Below, one piece after another: positions 1 to 12,190 of a stretch of DNA of 64,000 nucleotides. The position numbers were made by a program, and so were the translations under genes. Source of the stretch: Chiloscyllium plagiosum (taxonomy: Eukaryota); contig NC_057749.1 in the NCBI RefSeq assembly GCF_004010195.1, forward strand, positions 7,275,416 to 7,339,415. The letters are read 5' to 3'. The notes under the pieces are model-generated. The model saw only the letters and a list, made by a program, of their open reading frames with translations, made no database searches and was not told where the DNA came from. Each line of letters opens with the position of its first letter. Position 1 is the first letter of the stretch.

Positions 1-509
1 TTTTCACTTCATATAATGGTCTTACCAACACCTTTTACAACTGTTTCATTTTTCTTGTTCTGCAGTTATTGAAAACCTTAACAACTGATGCCTTGGCAAC
101 ACACTAAGACAAGAAAAACACAATGGAAACATGGTGTTGTATTTTCCAAAATCAAACAAGCCTTTGGGTGTTTGTTTTATAATTTTGAAGCTGCAGAATG
201 AACAGCAAAGAAATAAGCCATTCAGTCAACGCCACTGCCTCTGCTCCATACAAGTCCCTTCTCATCCATTGGATGCAATGTCCTCCCCGTGGGAGCAGTG
301 AATACAGTAAGGAGGACAAATAATCGTGCACAGTGATCCTGGAGAGATACCATCTCAATTTACATCACTTCATCAATCAGCAAGAAGGTCCACAGGGGTC
401 TTTTTCAACTCATCCACGGTTAAGACCCTTAAGCCATCGATTAATGATCACTTAAAGATGCTAACTCATCACATCCCAATGTCATCCCTTCTTGGTAGTG
501 CGAGTTGAG

Positions 510-750
510 CCATAGAGTCATACAGCACTGAAACAGACCCTTCGGTCCCAATTCGTCCATGCTGACCAAGTTTCCCAAACTAAACTAGTCCCACCCGTGT
601 CTGTGTTTGGTCCATATCCCTCTAAACCTTTCCTAAACACCTATGTACCTGTCCAAAGGTCATAGACTCATAGAGTCATAGAGATGTACAGCTCAGAAAC
701 ATACCCTTCGGTCCATCTCGTTCACTGTACCTGCACCTACCACTTCCTAT
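510..750 (-). mobile_element. Two tandem 3' tail fragments of HER1/CR1 LINE
   Basis: catagagtcata tail repeats followed by gaaacagacccttcggtcca, the reverse complement of the CR1 3' end seen at 3140-3185 and 52119-52200. Confidence 0.8.
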
Positions 751-1318
751 GATTAAAAAAAGACTACCAGAAGCTGATAAGCCATCTTCTCAAAGAAAAT
801 AATAACAATGGCTAGCAATGCCTATAAATAGACTTTTCGTTCTACAGAACTTGAATATTGCAGTAGAAAAGACACATTCTACCAAAACGTTTTGTCAGCG
901 TGACCTGCTCGTCAGCTTTGGGGGTTCATTTGCCCCACTCAGTGACAGGGATGGAGGGGAAAATGTGCAGATGCTGAAAGCTATGGCCTGTTCTTGCCTC
1001 CCAATTCACTGACCCCCTCCCTCAGACTCACAGGCCATGATACCTGAAAGAAAACAGCATCGTGGTGTTGGTTCTCCTAAAGACTTGGCTTCCGGTGATT
1101 TCTACCACTCAGAAGCTGCGGGCTTTCCATTGTTCAGCAATTGTTGAGTGAGACAGGACATCAGAGGCGAGGCCTGTGATTGACCTCGAAATTCACTGTC
1201 AGTTCTTACTTGCTGTCCATGAGGGTGAAGGAGAGAGGGGAGAGTTGACACCTCCTGGCCCCCGACACTTAGACTGCAACATGGAAATGTGTATGTTCAT
1301 CTAGCTTCCTCTAAAATG

Positions 1319-1503
1319 TTAAAAATTCATACAACATCAGATTATAGTCCAACAGGTTTATTTGGAAGCACTAGCTTTCAGAGCGCCGCTCCTTCATCAG
1401 CTGGTTGAACTAATGTTTCCAATTAAACCTGTTGGACTATAATCTGGTGTTGTGTGATTTTTAACTTTGTACACCCCAGTCCAACACCTGTTCCTCCACA
1501 TCA
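1319..1503. mobile_element. Short fold-back Penelope-like insertion (family P2) with hammerhead core
   Basis: Arms 1319-1375 and 1410-1466 are inverted copies; flanked by near-TSD ttcctc(t/g)aaaatg at 1306-1318 and 1504-1516; minus-strand CTGATGA-A-GGAGC-ggc-GCTCT-GAAA-GCTA-GTG at 1369-1403. Confidence 0.75.
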
Positions 1504-1794
1504 TTCCTCGAAAATGCATCTACACTGCCTGCCTCAACTACTCCACCATTTGCATTCTAACCTCTGCCTCAGTAAAGACATTTCTTCTGAATTCCCTACT
1601 TGCTTTTTACTTGATTTTTTTTAAGAATACCAGAACTGTTACCGTGCAGCAGTCCATTCAGTCCATTGTCTCTGCTACTTCATGTCAATCTCCTGCCTTT
1701 CACCCATACCTCTGCACACCATTTTGATTGAAATAATCATCCCATGCCTCTCTTAACTGTCTCAATTGAACATGCCTCCAGTGTGCATTTCCTG

Positions 1795-2545
1795 TCCTAA
1801 CTGGCACAGTGGGCTGGGGGTTGGCTTGTGAAGCAGTGTGATGCCAACAGCATGGGTTCAATTCCTACACTAGCTCAGACTGCCATGTAGGACACTCCTC
1901 CTTAACGTTTCCTGAGGTATGGTGACCCTCAGGCTAAACTCACCATCCTATTTACCAGCACTTGGCCATATCCCTTCCTATTTATATATCCATGCACATG
2001 CCTTTTGAATGTTGTAATGGTACCAGCCTCCACCACTTCCTCTGGCAGCTCATTCCATACATGCACCACCCTCTGTGTGAAAAAGTTGCCCTAAGTTCCC
2101 TTTTAAATTTTTCCCCTCTCACCAATAACCTATGCCCTCTAGTTCTGGACTCCCCACCCAAAGGAAAAGACCTTATCTATTTATTATATCCATGCTACAC
2201 ATAATTTTATAAACCTTTATAAGGTCACCCCGCAGCCTTGGACACTCCAGAGAAAACAGCCCTAGCCTATTCAGCCTCTCCCTATAGCTCAAATCCTCCA
2301 ACCCTGGCAACATCATTGTAAATCTTTTCTGAATCCTTTCAAGTTTCACAACATTCTTCGGAGACCAGAACTGCATGCAATATTCCAAAAGTGGACCAGT
2401 CAACACTATATTAGTTTAAGATATCTGGTCAGCATGGATGAGTTGACGGTGCTGTACATCTCTATGACTCAGCGACTTTATCAGTCATTCCTCTCTAATG
2501 AGAAAGCGGCCTTAAGGTCTCATAAGACAATGGTGATGCAATACT
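1795..2545 (+). mobile_element. tRNA-headed SINE (family C) split by a CR1 insertion
   Basis: 1795-1946 and 2480-2545 together match the contiguous copy at 56737-56950 (gccaacagcatgggttcaattcc ... gaccctcaggttaaactcacc ... ctctctaatgagag). Confidence 0.7.
1947..2470. mobile_element. HER1/CR1 LINE 3' fragment with 5' inversion
   Basis: 1947-2404 minus strand encodes CR1 RT C-terminus (PLLEYCMQFWSP...LERIQKRFT...RLRGDLI); 2405-2470 is the missing 3' tail on the plus strand. Confidence 0.85.
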
Positions 2546-2624
2546 TGCTGCATGAAAAACAATATTTCACATCTTCTCTGCTTTGTCTACACATCACTTT
2601 AAATATCGTAAAGTTTTAGAACCA

Positions 2625-3185
2625 TTGGTGGTCCTCTTTGGAATACTATGTACAGTTCTGGTCTACCCTGTTATAGGAAGAGTATCATTTAACTGGAGAG
2701 GATCCAGAAAAGATTTACCAGGATGTTGCTGGAATGGAGGGTTTGAGATGTAAAAATAGGCTGGATAGGCTGGGATTTTTTTCACTGGAGCAAAGGATGC
2801 TGAGGAGTGTCCTTATAGGGGTTTATAAAATCATGAGAGGCATGGATAAGGTGGATAGCAAAGATTTGTATTTCCCCAGTGTGGGGGAGTTCAAAACGAG
2901 GGGGCACATCTTTAAGGTGAGAGGAGAAAGATTTTAAAAAGACATGGGGGGGGGGGCAACTTTTTTTTACACAGAGAGTGATTTGTGTGTGGAATGAACT
3001 GCCAGAGGAAGTGGTGGACTTAGGCACAGTTACAATGTTTAAAGGATGTTTGGCTAAGATCTTGAATAGGAAAGGTTTGGAGGGATATGGGCCAAGCACA
3101 GGCAGGTAGGATTAGTTTAATTTGTAAACATGGTTGGCGTGGAATGATCGGACCAAAGGGTCTGTTTCTGTGCTGTATGACTCTA
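2625..3185 (+). mobile_element. HER1/CR1 LINE 3' fragment
   Basis: Decayed RLDRLGFFSLEQR...VYKIMRGMDKVD...TRGH motif and tail ctgtttctgtgctgtatgactcta. Confidence 0.9.
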
Positions 3186-4010
3186 AGATTTTCTGAAACA
3201 CCTTGCATTTATGTTGCCTAGTTTTTGTCAACCTGACACACAGAAACATCTTCTCCACATCTACCATACTGATACATTTTGTAATCTTGAAAGATGGCTT
3301 TCAGGTCATCCTGACCGACAGTTGGCAGCTTGCATCTTGGTCAATTTTGGTCCAGAGGACCTTGTCCATTAATCCCAATGATTCACTCCCTCATTTCTGT
3401 TCTTGTAGACCTCAAACAGTACGGATACAGTGCCTGATGAAGCCAGTCTTAATTGCTGGCTTGCAAAACTGCTTATCACCGTGGTCCAGTGCTGCATCTG
3501 CGTCAATTTGACATCCTAAACAGGTTACGAATATTGAAACAACCACCCAGTTGAGTGTAATGTAAAAATCATTCAGCTGGATCTTGAGAGGATGAGATGC
3601 CACCCATCATTCCCACCTACAGCTCTCGTTGTAATTTTCCACCTTTTGACAGCCCATGCTGGAACCAGTAAAAAATCGGTGGGCATTAGGGAACATTCTC
3701 CTCACACCACATCACATAAAGAACAAGGAACAGGCTAGGGAAGGTTCGAAGGCAAAATGTATTGGATGGACATTTACTAGCATAATGTATCTGCACTGGT
3801 AATAATGAGGTTGTGATTCATAATAGGGCCTTCATTTTGTTCACCATGATAATATTTTATAATACAATTACTGCAGTTTTAAAATTGCCTCCTGCATCAT
3901 AATTGCTCTCGAATGACAATTGTCTGCACTGATTCAGTTTTCATATTGCACTGATCAATGATTTTTATGCAGTCAAAAAAAAGCTCCCAATTGTCTTCAT
4001 TAGAATTTCA

Positions 4011-4302
4011 TAGAATCCTTACACTGTGGAAGGAGGCTATTCAGCCCATCAACCATCTTCTGGAAAACTTCCCACTTAGCCTTACCCTTCTACTTCCCAT
4101 GGCTAACCCAGCTAGACTGCACGTCCCTTGGACACTATGCGCAATTTAACATGACCAATCCACTTAACCTGCACTGTGGGAGGAAACCCACACAGACACG
4201 GGGAGAATGTGCAAACTCCACACAGTCATCTAAGGTGAGAATTGAACTAAGATCGCTGGTGCTGTGAGGTAGCAGTGCTAATCACTGACCCACCATACTG
4301 CC
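4011..4302 (-). mobile_element. HE1-type (V-domain) SINE
   Basis: Reverse complement of tRNA-like head, gtgtggagtttgcacattctcccc core and ttccacagtgtaagg tail. Confidence 0.85.
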
Positions 4303-4422
4303 ATCCTATCATGTGTACATTAGCATCCACAGCCAAACTGATTTCACACTTCGAGATACATAGCTTCTAAACTTCAACAACTGGGGCTGGTGCTGAACGC
4401 TCAGTGACCTCATCTGACAAGA

Positions 4423-4765
4423 TGGTTGTAGAATGGCTATGTCCCTGGGATAGCAGCCCAGAAGCTTTTGGGGTTGTGGGTTCAAAACGCACTGTAGTAG
4501 CTGGTGGAATTTAAATTAAATTAACAAATCTGGAATATAAAGTAAGTCTCAGTAATGGTGACCATGACAACCATCATCAGTTGTGGTAAAAGAAATGTTA
4601 TCCTTTTCACTAGAACTCTTTAGGGAAAGAAATCAGCCGTCCTTACCTGGTCTGGCTTCTATGTAACTCCAAACCCACAGCAATTTGGTTGAATTGAGTG
4701 AATTCAAGTGTAATTAGGGGTGAGCATGAAATATAGATCTTGCCAATGATATACACAAAAGAATA
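4423..4765 (+). mobile_element. tRNA-headed SINE (family B)
   Basis: ggttcaaa...ggtggaattta...ctttagggaaagaaatc...ccttacctggtctggc...cccacagcaat; same family at 22765, 23718, 35990, 38878, 41432, 62395. Confidence 0.75.
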
Positions 4766-4839
4766 ATAGTTAACAGCACCAGTGAGCTATTTACAGCAGC
4801 ATGACATGGAAGGGTCTGACATTATTAGACTCTGGGTAC

Positions 4840-5350
4840 TGATGTCAAGTTATAGCAAAGATATTATCAAGCTGGAGAGGCTTCAGAAAAGATATCACAG
4901 AATGTTTCCGGGAATGGAGGGTTTGAGTTATAATGTGAGGCTGGATAGACTAGGACATTTTTTACTGGAGCGTAGGAGGTTGAGGGGTGACCTTACAGAG
5001 GAATATAAAATCAAGAGGGGCATAGTTAAGGTGAATGGCAGATGTCTTTTCCCAAGTTTGAAGGCTTTCAAGACTTGGGGGCATATTTTTAAGGTGAGAG
5101 GAGAAAGACTTTAAAAAGATGAGGGGCATTTTTTTTAACACAGAGAGTGTGGTTCGTCTGTGGAATGAACATCCTGAGGAAGTGGTGGATGTGAGTACAG
5201 TTACAGCATTTAAAAGATATTGAGATAAGTACATGAATGAGAAATATTTGGAGGGATATGGGCCAAATGCAGAGACTAGTTGAGTTTGGGATTATGGTGG
5301 GCATGGACTAGTTGGACCGAAGAGTCTGTTTCCATGCTGTATGACACTGT
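4840..5350 (+). mobile_element. HER1/CR1 LINE 3' fragment
   Basis: KDIIKLERLQKR...RRRLRGDL...YKI motif plus CR1 tail. Confidence 0.9.
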
Positions 5351-7299
5351 GACATGGTGAGGACGGTGTTCACCTTTGCCTTGTGGCTGGGGAAGCAAAG
5401 TCTGACAGGATCATATGTCTAGTCACTGCCCAGTTGCCCACTCTTGGAAATGCATGAGAATATGCACTTTTCACTGAAATGCTATTGAACAATGCTCAGT
5501 GCAAAGTTTCACACATCGGCCATGGAAATTTGCCTGAAGTAGCAGAGAGCACCTACAGAGCTACACAGCTGAACCGAGACTTTGGGAGAGGGAAGAAAGT
5601 TAGGTGGGAAAATGGGCAAAATCAAAAGGTTGCATTGGAATCACGATGTTTTCATTCTTAGTTTGCCAGCACGACTGGTCTTTAGTTTAATCCTAACCCT
5701 CACCCTAAAACTGTCTTTACTGATGGTCTTATACTGAGGTCTCTAGGAGAGCTAGTGCCACCAGCGTGCTGGTCTAATGTAGGCAATTGCATTGTGAGTC
5801 TGGCAGAATCCACAAAATACAGACTCTCCTTTATTTTTGAACGTCTGAAAGATTGAACAGCGACCTGGATGCTTGCATGCAGTATGTTCCAATGTACATA
5901 TATGTGTTGCACTATTGCAAAAGATTCCAGAAAGACGGTGTATCTCTAAGACAGTGAAACAATATCACTATATGTGATATTCTAGTGCATGGGTTCTCAC
6001 CTCATCTTCAGCAGTGCAATGCAGTCAGTGCAGTGTGTAGTCTGTTAGTCATGTATATTGTTCTTGCCATGTTTTTTAGCTGTAATATCAGTAAGCATAG
6101 AAACTAGACTATGAGTAACTCTGCAATCTCATAACAGTGTAAATAGTTAGTGTTGCTAGTAACCTTCAAGCCATCTGTCTCAACTAGATCTGTTTCTTTG
6201 TGGTCTTGTTAAAGTAAAGATACACACTCAGTTTACATCGTGCTAGCAGTGGTGTTTAACTCAAGAAATCGCATGTTTGACACAAGTAATTTTCATTTGA
6301 TATAAACTCATTATAGGAACTTGCACTGCACAGGAATGGGCCATTCATGCCATCAAGTGTGTAATATCCAGATAAGGCTCTTCTTACTGCACCACATCCC
6401 TCCAATATGCTTCTAATTCTTTCTTCTTGATGTACCATCTAGTTTCCCCTTAAATATCTGTGTGCTATTTGCCATCGCCACTTTGAATGTTCTGCAATCT
6501 CATTGGTGGAATGAATCCAGACTACGAAATCTATGTTTCTCTGAGTCCAGTGTTTATTACCCTTAAAAAGCAGCCAATGTGGGTATTACATCAACAGGAG
6601 CTAAATCTTCTTATAATTTCATACACAATAACTTGTACTCCTATGGTTCCAAGTTTATTTTGACAAAAGAACCACTTTATGTGAAAGAGGGACATTTCCT
6701 CTCTAGCAGCCTCATTTCTTTCACACTTAATCAATTTTTTTGACATCCCAGCATCGTTGACCCACTCCATTAAAACCCTACACATATGGGGTGGCAATAC
6801 ATAAGTACAATGCTTAGTTTTCCATTGAATATTTATTCCTCTATTATGAAAGAGGGATGTAAAATTAACTCTGTTAATGCATTAGTAATGAATAGCTCAA
6901 ATATTCACTGATCAATAAGTTCTTCTCGTGACGCATATTAGACGTGTCCCATAAGGGAATTAGGCAATCTACAATCTAATTTCATCGAATCCTTTTTATC
7001 CCAAACATGCACAGATCATATTTTTTTATTATCTCCTTTTAGCATAGGTCCTGCCCCAAACCATAAGGCCCCATCGTGACCATTCTCCACTGTATGGATT
7101 AATTGGGCAACACATCCTAATTCCCTTAATAGAAACAAACTCACAAACCTCTCATTTGACACCATCACTCCACGGCATTCTATGGTTTGAGAAGGGAGCC
7201 CATCAATACAATCTCCCGGATAAGTTAGGAGAGACAATAAATGCAACAAGACCCACATTTTCATGACTGGAACACATAATGGTGTATGACAACGAGACA

Positions 7300-7610
7300 T
7301 CCGGTAGCCTGGCAGGACTCTAGCAGATAGTGGCATTGCAGCATTATTGAGGTCCGGAGTGGTCGATGGTGAGATGGCAGGGTGGAGGAGAGTTTGAGCC
7401 CTCATGGGGACAGTCCAGCATGAAGCGTCTGCAGACTCACGGCTAACGAAGAACTATAATGTTGAACTTGTAACCTCTTGCTTTATTTTCTACTTTGTAC
7501 CAAGGATTTTGTATCTAGCTTTGTACCTAAGATGGTGCAGGGAATGGTGACATTATAAACTGAGTCCACGTGACAATAAAACCCAATTCTAATTCTAAAT
7601 TCTAATTCGA
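7300..7610 (+). mobile_element. Non-autonomous retroposon with Rex1/Babar-like 3' tail (family R)
   Basis: Ends cacgtgacaataaa plus (aattct)n; body aligns with the reverse complement of 30020-30315 and with 47104-47247. Confidence 0.6.
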
Positions 7611-7664
7611 ATGATTCCCTTCTCTATTGTAATTCAATGGAATACTCTATTGTTGGATCAGTGG

Positions 7665-8110
7665 AATATAGAAATTGGATTAAGCCATTCAGCCCATTGA
7701 ATCTGCTCTAACATGTAATATGACCATGGATGATCATCCATTTCAAAGCCATTTCCCACATTATCTCCATATCATTTTAGATCATTGCCATTTATAAACC
7801 TATAAATCTTTAAACGTACACAGTTAATGAGCATATACAGCCCCCTGGGACACAGAATTTCAAATATTCACTCTCCCTGAGCAAACAAAAATAATCACAG
7901 CATCTCAATCGCCAGTGGCTTCCCCTTATTTTCAAATTGTGTATTCTGCTTCTAGACTCCCCAGTCAGGGGAGTCAGCTTATCTGCGCCTACCCTCTCTA
8001 CCCCTTTAAGCATTTTGTTGGTTTCAGTGGGATCACCTCTCATTCTTTGAAAAACAAGAGAATACTGGGCCGTTTTCCCACTTTCTCTTCATAGGTCAGT
8101 CCCACCATTT
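7665..8110 (-). mobile_element. Older CR1 LINE 3' fragment
   Basis: MRGDPTETNKMLKG...GESRSRIHNLKIRG motif; tail gccattcagcccattga. Confidence 0.8.
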
Positions 8111-8461
8111 CAGATTCACATTCAACATTGGCACCACATGTGGATTTCTTTCTAACCTCTTCTATTTCATGGGCCATTCTCATGCAATTATCTGATCTAA
8201 ACGCAATGTTTTAATACCACAAATGGTGGCCATTGCTCCAAGGACCGTGTATTATAATCAATTGTCCGGTGCACAGTTGAACATGTTACACAATTCAGCT
8301 TCACTCCTTCCTGTTCATACTCACAAACAAAATCCTTTTCATGTTATTTTGATCAGATATGAGCATCACTAGCAAGGCCAACACTTGTTGCCCATCCCCA
8401 TTTGAACTGAGTGGGTTTACTGGGCCATTTCAGAAGCCAGTTAGGAGTCAACCATAATGCC

Positions 8462-8632
8462 ACACCAACAGCTTGAGTTCAATTCCTGCATCTGCTGAGG
8501 TTACTGTGAAGGATTCTCCTTCTCAAACTCTCCCCTCTGCTTAGCTTAAACTACCACCAGTTCTCTCTCTCTCTCTCTCTCTCTAATGAGAGAGCAGCCT
8601 ATAGTTTGGTAAGACAATGGTGACTTTGCCTT
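8462..8632 (+). mobile_element. SINE family C with (CT)n expansion at 8562-8584
   Basis: Matches 56737-56950; the internal ctctctaatgag motif is expanded into a CT microsatellite. Confidence 0.7.
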
Positions 8633-9270
8633 CTTAATTGCAATAACTGCTGGCCCAACCAGTGACACCTTCATCCTGTTAATGAATTAATCCAGTCCCA
8701 GTTGCCAGCATTTGGCCCCTATCCCTCTGACCCCTTCCTATTTATCCAGGTGCCTGACAATTTAATTGTAAGGCAACATAGATCAGAAACAGGAAGATAA
8801 CTAGTTGCCCAAGCTGCTTGCTTCTGAGTAAGATCCACCAATGGAAAATGTGTGAGGATTTTTCCCTGGAAGCAGTGTCTCTTTAAAAGAAGGTATTTTC
8901 AAAGCACCCTCCAGTGCAACCAGTCTTTTGAACAGTTTCTATAATAAGTCTCACTCTTTACAAGGTGTCTTGATTTCATACTAGACAACTCAGTTAATCC
9001 GAAAAGCTTATTTACAATAGATTCCTCTTGGGAACCCTGAAGCACAGCAGAGCAGGCACAGTATATTCAAGATGGCACATTCTGTGATATATCTCATTAT
9101 TTGGTTTGTGACACTTGTCATTTTACAATAAAGCTGAATTTCCTGCAGCACTTATCTAGCGGTGTCTCAGCGAGTAGCAGAAAGCCAGAGGCAACATTGC
9201 CTCGAATGGTTTCTTGTGGGTGAGGTGCTTGGGTGATGTATTGAAGTGCAAGGCTCCTTTAAAAATCAAG

Positions 9271-9590
9271 TGCTACACTGAGGGAATGCCACATTGTTAC
9301 TGGTGCTGCTTTTCAGAGGGGACGTTGAACTGAGAACTCATGCACTTGTTTGGGTGCATATAAAAGGGTCACAAGGCACTGCTTTGAGATGCAGGAGGAG
9401 AGCTATCACTGATCTGCTGGTCAATATATACTCCACAATCCACATCAAATCACAGCAGAATATCTGGTTATTATCACATGGCTATTTGTGGGAGCCTTCT
9501 GTGCACAAATTGAGTGATGTATTTTCTTCATTATAACAGTGACTACACTACAAAGGTACTTTGTGAGCTGTTGATTGTCTGAGATGTCCA
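9271..9590 (+). mobile_element. Deu-domain SINE (SacSINE1/AmnSINE-like)
   Basis: ctgagggaatgccacattg...atctggttattatcacat...gtgggagcctt.ctgtgcacaaattg...acagtgactacact. Confidence 0.75.
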
Positions 9591-9699
9591 ACAGTCATTG
9601 ACAATGCGACAGACTTGTGTCTGGGTCTTTGGGTTGCAGGGCAGTTCCACAGCTTTGAGGGAACAAAGTCCAGTTTGTGAGAGTTTCTCCCACCCCCAG

Positions 9700-9990
9700 A
9701 AACTGGACCTGAGATGGTGTCTCTTTCTCGGATGGGATGTTAAACCATGATCCCCTCAGGTGGAAGAGTCGACTTAGAGGAAGAACAGAGCAGTCCACTT
9801 CAATTTCCCGACCAGTGCTCATATATCGGGTCAGATAGCAGATTAACAGATCCCAATCATGTTGCTGCTTGTGAGATCATGCTGTGCACAAACTGAACAC
9901 TATTATCTGCATTGCAACAGCCATGCCCTTTACACGGTATCTCATTGACTGTAAAATTCTTTGGAATGTTCTATAAAGGGTGAAAAACAT
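9700..9990 (+). mobile_element. Second, more decayed Deu-domain SINE
   Basis: ggatgggatgttaaacc...ttgctgcttgtgagatcatgctgtgcacaaactg...cattgactgtaaa...gtgaaa. Confidence 0.6.
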
Positions 9991-9991
9991 T

Positions 9992-10421
9992 TGAAATAAC
10001 TCAATGGTATCCCATCATTGAGTCACCCTTTATTTACACATGCGTGGTACAGTACATGGATACTGACCAGCAAGCTCAGAGCCAGTCCCTAGATAGAGGA
10101 GAATCTATGAGACTCCTGTTTATATCTGTCAGCCAGGGCTTCCTGATTGGCCCAAGTTAACAGCAGGTCAGGCAGCATCCGAAGAGCAGGAGAGTTGACG
10201 TTTCAGGCATAAGCCCTTTATCAAGAATGAAGGGCTTATGCCCGAAACATCGATCCCCCTGCTGCTCGGATGCTGCCCAACCAGCTGTGCTTTTCCAGCG
10301 CTACACTTTTTGACTCTGATCTCCAGCATCTGCAGTCCTCCCTTTTTCCAGGTTATCAGCCCCAATCAGGGATCTCATACTCAATGAGATCCATCTGGCC
10401 TACCTCGTTCCAGTCACTACA
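9992..10421 (-). mobile_element. Solo LTR (probably Gypsy-type) containing a nested PLE fragment
   Basis: TG...CA termini; on the minus strand a CCAAT box (ccaatcag), TATA-like gatataaa and AATAAA occur in promoter-to-polyA order; flanks acatt/gtatt match only partly. Confidence 0.6.
10165..10347. mobile_element. Short fold-back PLE insertion (family P1)
   Basis: Inverted arms around 10222; near-TSD cca(a/g)gtta(a/t)cagc at 10152-10164 and 10348-10360; sequence matches the 3' end of the PLE at 62926-64000. Confidence 0.85.
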
Positions 10422-11367
10422 GTATTATAGAGGAGCCCTAAGAAAATCACTATGATATAATGAACCCACATATGAAAAAAAAACGCTGGTCTAGGCCATT
10501 CAAGTTCCTTGAGCCTGTTCCACCGTACAATGAGATCATGGTTTATCTGTTTGTTACCTCCAATCAGCACTCCCACTGAGCCCTGATAACCTTTCCCATC
10601 CCCAATCCACTCCCTCCCCTCCCATCTCACTTAACATGAATCTATCTCTGATTAAAATTACTCAAGGACTCTGCTTCCAACACCTTTTCAGCAACAGAAA
10701 TACAAAGTTTTATGATAGCAACAGAAAAAAAAACAACTCATCTCTGTTTCAAATGGGTAATCGAGGCATTTCAATTTGTTCAAGGAGAAGGCATCAGCAC
10801 TTCACTTTCTCTTTTTCTTCTTATGCAGTTGAATACGAGCCACATTCTGGAGGATGCATGGGAGCTCAGGCTATTTATCCTTGACTTTGCTGAAACATGG
10901 CCTTCACTCCACCTGCACACTGATGTACACACACATTACTCTATCATGTCACTGACTCGCTGTACACAATTTCTACAGGAGGCAATTCAGTTCATTATAC
11001 CTGTGCTAGCCCTTCGAAGGTGCAATTCAATTAGTCCTCTCACTCTTTCCCCATAGCCTTGAACTTTCAAGTATGTTTGAGGCAATCCATTTTTGGCAGA
11101 AGAACACAGAGACATTACAGGCTCAATGGCACAACTTTGAGAGGAATACAGGGATAGAAGGACCTCGGGGTTCGTGTGCATACTTCTCCGGAGGCGACCA
11201 GGTAATTTGAAACAGTTGTTAAGAAGGCATATAGGATCCTTGAGTTTTTAAATACAGGCACAGTGTGTAAAAGCAAAGAAGTGATGCTACATCTCTACAA
11301 ATCATTGGTCAGATCACATTTAGAGTATTGTGTACAGTTCTGGGCACCATAATTTAAGGGAAAATAA

Positions 11368-11795
11368 GACCATAAGGCATAGGAGCAGAAATTAGGCCAT
11401 TCAGCCCATTGAGTCTGCTCAAACATGACTGATAAGTTTCTCAAAACCATTCTTCTTCTTTCTCCCCATAACCCATGATCCCCTTGATACTCAAGAACCT
11501 AGCTGTCTCAGTCTTGAATATACTCAATGACCTGGCCTCCACAGCCTTCTGTGGCAATGAATTCCATATATTCACCACTTTCTGGCTGAAGACGTTTCTC
11601 CCTATCTCCATTCTATAAGGTCTTCCCTTTACTCTAAGGCTGTGCCCTCAATTCCTAGTCTCTCCTACCAATGGAAACATCTTCCCAACATCTACTTTGG
11701 ACAGGCCATTTAGTATTCTGTAGATCCTCCCTTCAACCTTCTAAACTCCATCAAGTACAGACCCAGAGTCCTCAACGTTCCTCATATGTTAAGCT
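11368..11795 (-). mobile_element. CR1 3' fragment nested in the older CR1
   Basis: cataaggcataggagcagaaattaggccattcagccc tail (reverse) and CR1 3' coding remnant. Confidence 0.8.
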
Positions 11796-11929
11796 TATAA
11801 TGTTAAATTGTTAAAGGCCTGGAGAGAGGTCAAAGGAGATTTTTTGAGAATGACACTCGGAATAAAGGATTTTAGATACAAGGAAAGATGAGAGCAATTG
11901 GGCTTCTTCTCTTTGGAGGAGAGAAGAGC

Positions 11930-12190
11930 TTGAATACATGCTCCAAAAGGTGTAGGAACAGCTTCTTCCCAGCTGTTATTGGATTGATAAATGGACTCTC
12001 TAATAATGCTGACCTTGCTAATGTTAATCTTGCCTAGTGTACACCCAGTGCGATATAACCTGTACACCTCTCAGATTTTCTTTTTCACCTTATGATCTAT
12101 TTCTCCTTCCTTACAATGATCTGCCCGTACTGCTTGTAAACAAAGCTTTTCACTGTACTTAGGTACATGTGACAATAAGTCAATCAATCA
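11930..12190 (+). mobile_element. Rex1/Babar LINE 3' fragment
   Basis: aacagcttcttccc (NSFFP) then cttttcactgtacttaggtacatgtgacaataa plus (tcaa)n tail. Confidence 0.75.
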
